Source: Antedon mediterranea (taxonomy: Eukaryota > Animalia > Echinodermata). Taken from it: a stretch of 64,000 nt of DNA. Position 1 is the stretch's first letter. Each line of letters opens with the position of its first letter. The notes under the pieces are model-generated. The model made no database searches. It had not been told where the DNA came from and saw nothing but the letters and a program-made list of their open reading frames with translations. Made by a program: the position numbers and the translations under genes. Shown here piece after piece: positions 54,125 through 64,000 of this stretch. The stretch lies in the NCBI RefSeq assembly GCF_964355755.1, contig NC_092671.1:2294001-2358000 (forward strand), written 5' to 3'.

Positions 54125-55127
54125 CGAAACAGACGCGGTATTGCACCAAAAGTAATTGTAAGCTCAAAAATATCAAAGTTGCCCCGTGATTTTAACAATT
54201 TCCTTGCCAACGGCAAAAACAAGACCAGATTGATTGAGCTTATTCGCTGTGTACTAGTGTCAAAGAAAGAAAGCATTCTAACAGATATGAGGAGTGATGT
54301 TATCTACTTTTCATCGTACAAAGAATGCATCTACGTTACTAACTGAGATGTTGTATTGGTTCCGGAGCTTAATAGTAGCCAAGAAGAAGCCGACACGAAA
54401 GTCATCCTGCATGCAAAGCATGCTTTAACAAATAACAATCAAGGCGTAGCAATAATTCGTTCCCATTCCGGAGACTTTGACATTCCAGTCATTTCACTAT
54501 CTCATTTCATAGGGTGATGGGCAGAGGGTAATTATTGATACAAACACTGGGAAATACCGAAATGTACTGAAATTGAGTGACATTGATTTAACAAAAGTGC
54601 AGAAATCATCCCTTATTGGATTCCATGCTTTCACAGGTAACGAGTATAACTCCGCTTTCGTTCGGAAAGGAAAACGTACCTGCTGGAAGCTTCTGGAATA
54701 AAAAAAAAATGTGTTGACACATTCTGCAACCTTGGAGTGTCAGATGTTCCATCAAAAGAGTTGTATGAGGAACTTGAAGAGTATGTTTCACCATTGTATG
54801 GAGTGAAGGGGAAAAGTGAATCAAGCAAGATATGATATTTTCAACAGAAAGTTTTCCAGACACAACAAGATTACAGATATATCATTACTGCCACTATGTC
54901 CGCAGACCCTTGAGTTTCATATACTTAGAGCAAACTTCATTACTAAAGAATGGCAATCAGCAGACGTCAATGATTTTGTTAACAACAGTACACACAATGG
55001 ATGGAACGAACAAATGGAGCCTAAATGGATTGAGACAGTGATGCCCACTGATGTCCAGGAACTGTTTACACATAATGAATATGAAGACTTTTCAGATTGC
55101 AGTGATGTGAGCGATCTTGAAGATTAA
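54125..55127 (+). pseudogene. Disrupted transposase/XPG-like nuclease C-terminal region (right arm)
   Basis: Inverted copy of the left arm; ORF fragment 54816-55127 (NQARYDIF...LEFHILRANF...HNGW) plus frameshifts. Confidence 0.8.
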
Positions 55128-56613
55128 TACACGACATACAGACTGAAACACTAAAGGGAAGCATGTATGTAGTAAAAGAATTAAATTCTTGGCCTTGTTA
55201 TGGCTTATTTATCTCATATTACTCGGATTGCACATGAAAAACTGGTCAAGAAAATAATATGAGAATGTCAACCTCCAATTGGCACAAAATGAATTAATTG
55301 ACAGGATTAACGTGATCAGATAGGAGAAATGTCTTGCATTTTGGGTCAAAGGTCAGTAACGTTATTTCCGGTCATTTTTACAGATAATGTTCTATTAGTT
55401 TGAATATAAACATCTATATTCTGGAGAGTTTGACACCAATTACAACTTTCTGTGTCCAGTAGTTACGGAGATATGATATCTGTTAGATATTGGGTCAAAG
55501 GTCAATAGAGGTATTTCCGGCCATTTTCTGACAAAATTTTCTATTACATCAAATAGGAACATGTACATTCCAAACAATTTGACACCAAAATCAACTCTCT
55601 ATGACCAGTGGTTGCCAAGATATCATAGTCTACTGTAACTGGCAGCCATTTTGAAAAAAGCGCCCTCACGCGAAAGTTCTCAGGTTACAGCCCGTTTACC
55701 CAATATATTTGGATTCCCCAGAAAAAACTGGTCTAGAAAAGTTATATGAGAATTTCTACCTCTCCGGGTGGCACCTACCTCATTCATAGCCTAGTCTACA
55801 TATACTACGTGAAGTATCAAATGACCAGATTTTGACCACCTAACGTGTCGAGTAGAGAAAAGAAGAAAAGCAGCGCGTTTTGATCGATCAGTAGCATACG
55901 ACTCATAAAAGGGCGATCGATTTAATAAACAATATATATGTATGTTATTTATAATTGTCCATGGAAACAATCGATTAATTACCAATTATCTGCTAAATTA
56001 TAAATATTTTGGGTGCAGAACAGTTAATATACACATTTGCGGGAAAAAAATATAGGAATTTTTTTTTTTTTTTCTGATAGTATACCATATAGAATGTCAT
56101 AAAAAATCCCCATCCCAGGGTCTTGGGGAAAATTTGTTACGGCACTTTTAAATTTTGGCCTATATAACACACACAAATTCCTATTAACACACACAAATAC
56201 CTATATATAGGGGATAGGGAAATCAATAAACGGTTTTTGTTACTTGCAGTTGTGTTTTAATGATTAAAATTAGCATAGTAGTTGATGAATCAAGTCGATA
56301 CGATGACATCATCACGTCAGAATCCAATATGGCGTCCAATTTGGCGGGAAAAACAGGATTTTGCTAAACCCCACAAACCCCCGCAAACCTCAAAAAAAAA
56401 AACATTCATTCATGTAAAAACAATCTTAAATGTTGAAACAAGTGAAGAAAGAAGTAAAAGACTGCAACCTAAAGTCTAACTTTTCATAGACAGTCTTGCA
56501 ACCTAAAGTCGAGCGTTTCATAGACAACTAAACAAGTCATTTTCTTTATAAATGCAATGATACTTATAGCGTGATAATAATATCAGTGGTTAAAAATTTT
56601 TCTATGAAATAAG

Positions 56614-57252
56614 TTTAGGTTGCAAGACTGCCTATGAAACGACTTTAGGTTGCAAGACTGTCTATGAAACGACTTTAGGTGGCAAGACTGTCTATGAAAT
56701 GACTTTAGGTGGCAAGACTGTCTATGAAACGACTTTAGGTTGCAAAACTGCCTATGAAACGACTTTAGGTTGCAAGACTGTCTATAAAACGACTTTACGT
56801 TGCAAAATGTCTATGAAACGACTTTAGGTTGCAAAATGTCTATGAAACGACTTTAGGTTGCAAGACTGTCTATGAAACGACTTTAGGTGGCAAGACTGTC
56901 TATGAAACGACTTTAGGTTGCAAAACTGTCTATGAAACGACTTTAGGTGGCAAGACTGTCTATGAAACGACTTTAGGTGGCAAGACTGTCTATGAAATGA
57001 CTTTAGGTGGCAAGACTGTCTATGAAACGACTTTAGGTTGCAAAACTGTCTATGAAATGACTTTAGGTTGCAAGACTGTCTATGAAACGACTTTAGGTTG
57101 CAAGACTGTCTATGAAACGACTTTAGGTAGCAAGACTGTTTATGAAACGACTTTAGGTTGCAAGACTGTCTATGAAACAACTTTAGGTTGCAAGACTGTC
57201 TATGAAACGACTTTAGGTTGCAAAACTGTCTATAAAATGACTTTAGGTGGCA
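56614..57252. repeat. 30-bp tandem minisatellite ~x21, preceded by inverted units at 56460-56526
   Basis: gactttaggttgcaagactgtctatgaaac. It explains the repetitive ORFs on both strands. Confidence 0.95.
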
Positions 57253-57474
57253 TGGTGTCTTGTTATGTATCCTCAACATACCAATCTTCTAACGATGTTT
57301 GTTCTAATATTCAAGATAATAATCGTTACTCGGTCTATAATATTGATTTCTAAAAATGAACACAAGTTCTGAACCAATTAAGAATCTATAATAATTGATT
57401 TTAATTAGTAGCAAGAGTGTTCTATGTTCTATTAGCGGTACACTTCGATAACAGAAGCGCACAGGAATACCGTC

Positions 57475-60400
57475 ATGTTTTTACCGATTTGTCTATTTCT
57501 TTTGATTACAACATTTCAACAAGGTAAGTTAATTTTACATCTGAATGATTCCTACTGGAACCTATATAAATTAGGTCGTTGCTGCAATAATGAAACCTTG
57601 AGGAATGAAAAGAAAAATCAGATGCTGTTCATTAACGTAATCACCACTACAAACTTTAATCAAGACAATTTAACAACAGGATGCTGAGCCCTGGAGATCA
57701 AACGGTTTATCTGTAGCTGCTGCTGCCGTTTAAAACTTTAAAATGAGTACTTTTATTGATCGTGTTTCATTCCAATTGTCCTCTTTCTGGAGATTTTTTT
57801 TCAAAAGAGCTCCCTCCTGACATAACCGTTTATTTCTTGGATTTTGCCCGATCTTTCGTTTTTATATATATGTAATCATTGAAAAACAATTGTTTTTGTA
57901 ACCTACTCGAAAGAAAGAGAAAGTTTTAATTAAAAGAAAAATCAACATTACGTTAATATTAGGCTAAACATATAAAATAAAAACATGAATGACGGTTTAT
58001 TTTTAAATAACCTAAATATTAAATCCACTTTATTACTCAATTTATTTAGTCAATGGCCAGGTTTCCTGTGCTCAGATAAAAAAAGATGGTGATTCAACGA
58101 ATGGTATGAAAACAATCAACCCAGAGGAAACTGACCAATCAGGAGATGAGATAACTGTTGAATGTGACATGACGTCAGATTCAACTGATGGCAAGTTTCC
58201 TTGATTTTCTTTTATAAAGTCTATATTTCAAAACTAATCATTAGATCGATGAACAAAAAAATCACAATGCAGTAGTGTTGGATGATAGAGATAGAAACAT
58301 CTACATTCTCAGCACATACACAATGCAGTAGTGTTGGATGATAGAGATAGAAACATCTACATTCTCAGCACATACACAATGCAGTAGTGTTGGATGATAG
58401 AGATAGAAACATCTACATTCTCAGCACATACACAATGCAGTAGTGTTGGATGATAGAGATAGAAACATCTACATTCTCAGCACATACACAATGCAGTAGT
58501 GTTGGATGATAGAGATAGAAACATCTACATTCTCAGCACATACACAATGCAGTAGTGTTGGATGATAGAGATAGAAACATCTACATTCTCAGCACATAGG
58601 CCTACACAATGCAGTAGTGTTGGATGATAGAGATAGAAACATCTACATTCTCAGCACATACACAATGCAGTAGTGTTGGATGATAGAGATAGAAACATCT
58701 ACATTCTCAGCACATACACAATGCAGTAGTGTTGGATGATAGAGATAGAAACATCTACATTCTCAGCACATACACAATGCAGTAGTGTTGGATGATAGAG
58801 ATAGAAACATCTAAATTCTCAGCACATACACAATGCAGTAGTGTTGGATGATAGAGATAGAAACATCTACATTCTCAGCACATACACAATGCAGTAGTGT
58901 TGGATGATAGAGATAGAAACATCTACATTCTCAGCACATACACAATGCAGTAGTGTTGGATGATAGAGATAGAAACATCTAAATTCTCAGCACATACACA
59001 ATTCATGTCTTTCCTGACATAAACTTAACTATCTCAATATCTCGATATTAATAAAATTAACAAATAATGCATCTGGAGAAATGGAACAAATTATATCATA
59101 TTTTTGCATGTTAAGGATACACATGGAACGCCTCCTTCCGACACCTGTTCTGTCCTCCTTACCAAATTGTTACAAAAACCATGTGGTTTGTGTAAGAAAC
59201 CATGTTTTGTCTTTTAAATATATTGTTTGTCTTTCGATAAAAAGACGAAACCATATTTTGTCTTTTTCGAACCATTGTTTGTGGAACAGAGGTTAGGCAA
59301 TCTAACAACATGATGCTAAGCTCCGGAGATCAAATGGTTTATATGCGACACCGCGCGCCCTGGAGAGTATAGTACAGTATATTGGTATTTGTCGCAGCCA
59401 GACATAAAATCAAAGGACTGTTGTGAGTTCCTATCTAGGCAAGTCGAGCTCAGTGTTGTTAGAGTGCCTTGGTTGGACGACGCCCTGTAATACACTGTGG
59501 TTAACTGGTCGGTCAAATCAACAAGTGTACCGGTACATAGACTACTGGAACCATTAAGCTTAGTTCCCACTCTTCGACGCAACGCAATGACGTAGCGCGC
59601 AGCGCAAGTAATTTGAATGATCACAACCTAATGGATCACCCGATCTGGCCCTTGTGATTGCTAAACTCACTTGCGTTGGCGCGCCTACGTTGTTTTTGTA
59701 TCCAAGTAGGTACCAGACTTTTTCATAACTTCTTCTTACTTTCAGGCATCACGATCATTAAGCACGACACCAATACACGGTTACTAGTTAGCGGGGGTTC
59801 ATACGAAAACCCAGGGTCGTATGTACGGACAATAACCTACACTGGGTACACAATGGAACAGATCACACAACTAGTGCAAAAATCAGCATCGTGTGAACAG
59901 TACATTAAGGTTATTATATTAATACAGATTTTTGTTTATTCTTTCTATACTATTATGCTTATTCGTTTTATTGCTAATTCATTTACCTAATTGTTGGCCT
60001 ATTAAATCACTTGGTGAGTTACATAACTTTAAGACTTGCTTACTTTTTTATTTTAAACTTACTCCTTCACTCCTACTTTAAACACACTTGCTCACATTGT
60101 TGCCTTCTTGCTCACATAATTTTATTTCGTCTACTTGCTCAGTCCTACCTAAGCCTTCTGATCAAATCCTACTACTTCGTCTATTTAACTTTCTCACTCC
60201 TACTTATACCTATACTTGCTCACTCTTACTTAATCGTACTTTCTCACTCCTACTTAATCTTACTTGCTCACTCCCACTTAAGCTTACTTGCTCACTCCTA
60301 CTTAAGCTTACTTGCTCAATCCTACATTGAGATTAAAGTATAGTCTTATATGTACAGCTTGAATGTCATCATTCGGTGATTCGACCTTACACGACGCCTT

Positions 60401-63400
60401 ATACCTGGTGGGTGTCAAGAGACGGCACCGATATGATCATGTGGGGAGGAGGAAAAACGTACAACAGGACGTGCGCATGCGGATTAGATGGTGAGTAACC
60501 AAATAATAGTAATGATGAATTGTATGTGAGAATTCGGATTACATGATGAATGAAATCGGATTTGTTTTTCTTCGTTAGGACTATAATCCAGAACCTCCAG
60601 TTTTTTTAATTTTACTATAATTTGAAAAATTACTTCTGACAATTTCAAGTTTCTTCTTGAGTGCCTACCCATAAAAACCACACAGAATTTAAATAATTAT
60701 CATTTTATTATTTTGTGTTTTCTGTATTCAGGAGAATCTACGGTTTTTGGAATTGTGCTACAAAATGTTTGACTTTGTTTATTTTAGGAACTTGTGAGAA
60801 ACCAGGTTTCATCTGTAACTGTGATATAAATGACAGCCATTTAAGAAGTGATGGCGGGCTTTTGACTGATAGAAATCGTCTGCCAGTCACAAAAGTGTAC
60901 ATTGGTGACACAGGTGAAAGTTATGAATACGCTTTCTTTACTCTGGGTTCATTAAAGTGTAAAGGTAGGTATCATTATCATCATCTTCATCATTATCTTC
61001 ATCATCATCATCACCATCATGATCATGATCATCATGATCATTATCATCATCAACACCATCAAAATCATCGTCATCATCATCATCATTCATCATCATCATC
61101 ATCATCTTCATCTTCATCATCTTCATGATGATGATCATCATCATCTTCTTCATCATCATACATCATCATCATCTTCATCACCATCATCACCATCATCATC
61201 TTCATCACCATCATGATCATCATCATCATCATCATTTTCTTCATCATCATCATCATCATCATCACCATCATCTTCATCATCATTATCTTTATCACCATCA
61301 TGATCATGATCATCATCATCATCTTCATCATCTTCATCACCATCATGATGATCATCATCTTTATCATTATTATTATCATCATCATCATCATCATGTTGGT
61401 CATTATCAGCTCACTGCGCAGACCGAAGGCCTCTCTCCAATCTACACCTTTTCTGCTGTCCTATGCAACTGCTATCACCCAGGATATGCCTAAAAAATGC
61501 TGCAGTCCAATCTAATCTCTCAATTTGGTGTGCGATGATTCGGTGTGTATGTGTGTTTGAACTAACGATTGGCGAAAGAACAATGGTAAGACAACATTTG
61601 TTTCAAACGGATAGAAGTGGCCTAAATTGAGAATGTATCGACGTTTCGGTAAATGGTTTCATCATAGCAACCGGCTAAACGCCGACACACATTCTTACCT
61701 TTACTTTAATTCCTTTTGGAAACACGCTGTACCAGAAAACTAACAATTAGGACAAGTTAATCATAACATTTTGATGATCATCTAAAAAATAAATGTAAAG
61801 TCTTGCATTAAAACAACCTCTTATTTATCACTCTGGTGTTGAAATTATTGTGATATTTTGTGATTATGATTAGTTATGTTCAAATAGTTATATATTATAT
61901 ACCGTCCCGATATATCTTCATCAACAATGAACTATGGAAACAACTGTATTTTATACCGTTGTAAAGCTGTACACTATCAAACTCTAAAATGCAGTGCCAA
62001 TATGTGATGATTTCATATCACTACTATATTTTGGCACATCACACATTTTTGGCAAACTAGTTTGATAGTGTAGACAGAGCTTTAGAGTTGCATTAATTTA
62101 TTATTTATTGTTCTGAATATGAATCTAAGATTAATTTTCCAATAGGTATTTTAGTAATATATATTTAAAATTATATCTATAAATTACTTTTTAGGGTTTG
62201 CGCCTCCAATTTTGGGTTCATGCGCCGAGGTGAAAGCGGCTGGATTCACAAAGACTGACTCTTATCTTATTGATCCAGACGGTGATGGCAGCGACAATCC
62301 ATATTGGGCGTATTGTGATCTTGAACTTGGCAAAGATGAAGGTTTGTGTCTTTGCTATAAGTAAATGTTATTGTTTTAAGTTTTATTGGAAGATGTTTAG
62401 CGCCTATAAAATACATTTGGTTTCTACTTGCCGTTTATTAAATCTTCGGGGTTTTTTTAGGTGATCATTTAGAATAAAATGATCACCTATTGTTATTGTT
62501 TATTTATTAATTTGTTGGTACTTTTGTTATATTTTAGTTACTACTGCTGTGTTCCACGACGTCCCGGAACGCACTTATGTCCATGGTTACAACGATCCAA
62601 AATACAGCAAAGTGTTCAACTATCCAATCAGTGACACTCAGCTGCGCATGCTCACTACAGGTTCAAGCAAATGTCAGCAATATTTTGATGTAAATGTCTC
62701 GCTCTGTATATTTCCAATATATTTAAGTATATTCCAAGTTCATTTTGTTCACACAAAGAAATATAAGTATGAAACACATAATGCAGTAAATAGCCGCTGT
62801 GTCTGGAGAGCCCAAGATCCCAACAATAGTTCCATCAGGAAAAAAAATTGAGGATCAAGGAATAGACAAGGAAAAACAATCCTGTATAATATAATTATAT
62901 TTTATCATAAGATTGACCGTGTTTATATAAATAAAGGATCAAGTAAAATTAGATTGTGCCATCCGCCTCCGCTGCTGTCGCTGGATACTATCTAACCGAC
63001 TATTGCAATTCAGTTAGATACAAGTCTTGGTAGCTTAAAATATTGTTACTTATTGTTATATATTTTACGTTTCAGATTGACTGCTACCATGTATCCTTTA
63101 GTTGGTCGCGTTGGGTATCAATTAATGGAGATGAACTTGTTAACTGGGGAGGGTCACCAGGAAGTGATTCTTACCAATGCCCCTGCTCACTTGATGGTAA
63201 GTTTACCTTGTTGATGCCTTCTCAGTCATAATTTACTGGTAAGCTTGAACACACTTTTAATAATAGGTATTTACGGTAATCTAATATTGTAAACATTAAT
63301 TATTGTTTAATATTCCATCTGTTATTCAGGAAGATTTTGGAATCTTCTTAGTGAATGTGAGTGTGTTTGAATGCCTTGGACAAACATTTTTTAGAACTTT

Positions 63401-63648
63401 GTAATAGGCTTATATAGGCTTTGTATAGGCGTCTCTTGTATCATATTTTCTATGGCCTTTCTTGTATTAAGGATCTTGTCAAAGTGCTAGCTACACCTGC
63501 AATTGTCAGATTAATGATAGCGCATGGCGGGAAGACCGAGGATATATTACAAGCAAGGAAGATTTACCGATGAAAGAAATACTAATAGCAGATACAGACG
63601 ATAGTCACGAAAAAGCTTATTTCACAGTAGGGCCTCTTGAATGTACAG
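57475..63648 (+). CDS. Secreted protein of tandem Caspr/neurexin-IV-type fibrinogen-like modules (partial; continues past the window)
   Basis: Exons 57475-57523 (signal peptide), 58050-58190, 59746-59909, 60358-60490, 60788-60964, 62195-62341, 62538-62689, 63076-63196 and 63472-63648 are all phase-compatible. Motifs SC..., IDPDG, CD, CEQY, WWVSRDG..WGG, CACG, CNCD, DGGLLT...LPV, LG.L.C.G occur twice. Confidence 0.85.
58264..59002. repeat. 56-bp tandem minisatellite ~x13 (intronic)
   Basis: cacaatgcagtagtgttggatgatagagatagaaacatctacattctcagcacata. Confidence 0.95.
60030..60325. repeat. Degenerate ~24-bp tandem repeat (tacttgctcactcctacttaagct)
   Basis: Recurrent cttgctcactcctactt units just upstream of an acceptor site. 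Confidence 0.75.
60971..61394. repeat. Imperfect (CAT)n microsatellite, ~420 bp
   Basis: Direct inspection; it starts immediately after a splice donor. Confidence 0.97.
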
Positions 63649-64000
63649 GTAAACTATTTGTTTACGTCTGGGGCCATATACGCCCTTTCCCACTATACGC
63701 GAATCTAATCGCGAATCAACATTCCTGAGCTAACGCATTCCGGTTGCGCATTTTCCGGTAAAAACAGGTGGAAAATGAATTACCCATGCGCATGAAACAA
63801 CGATTTTGGCTCGCGCGAATAGATTCGCCTATAGAGTAAAAAATAAGCTTTCCGTCGTCGTAGGCGTTCCTCAGCTCTGACTAATTTCGTTTTTTCTCAT
63901 GCCAAAAGTAAAAATATATATATACGTGCGCATAAACGACCAAATGGAAAGCAGGCTGCATTGACTTCTACCATATTCATTTTATTTTTATATTAATTAT

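Larger units (their letters stand above)
51875..55798. mobile_element. Fold-back Academ(X)-like DNA transposon derivative with ~1.7-kb inverted arms
   Basis: Termini TAGACTAGGCTATGAATGAGG...CCTCATTCATAGCCTAGTCTA; 3-bp TSD CAT (51872-51874 and 55799-55801). Both arms carry XPG/PIN-like coding remnants (QEEADTKVILHA, SGDxDI, GFHAFTGNxYNSAF..KGK, HILRANF...W). Confidence 0.85.

Noticed and set aside
51875-55798. Assembly artefact (chimeric fold-back read)
   Set aside because: The arms differ by many substitutions and indels, and the element has a TSD.
56824-57353. ORFs of 10-aa repeats on both strands
   Set aside because: Translation of a 30-bp minisatellite.
60938-61515. Poly-His/Met/Ile/Asp ORFs
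   Set aside because: (CAT)n microsatellite lying inside an intron after the donor at 60965.

Overview
AT-rich, intron-rich genomic DNA from an invertebrate animal; no prokaryotic features. Spliced genes rebuilt by hand: the signal-peptide first exon of an unidentified minus-strand gene (19898-19958) with an apparently >19 kb first intron; prohibitin-1 (PHB, minus, 22712-25933) head-to-head with lupus La protein (SSB, plus, 26819-31318); PTPN23/HD-PTP (minus, 34340-50936); and a secreted protein made of tandem Caspr-type fibrinogen-like modules (plus, 57475 to beyond 63648). Main non-coding observations: (1) four paralogous box C/D snoRNAs, one in each of four PHB introns, all with an 18S rRNA guide matching SNORD110/HBII-55; (2) a U12-type intron in SSB and a structured candidate poison exon in the next intron; (3) a PTPN23 exon end plus splice donor amplified five times, each unit carrying an in-frame stop; (4) a 3.9 kb fold-back Academ-like DNA transposon made of two 3' ends with an intact 3-bp TSD. 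There are also many MITEs and minisatellites. Most short ORFs in the supplied track are spurious.
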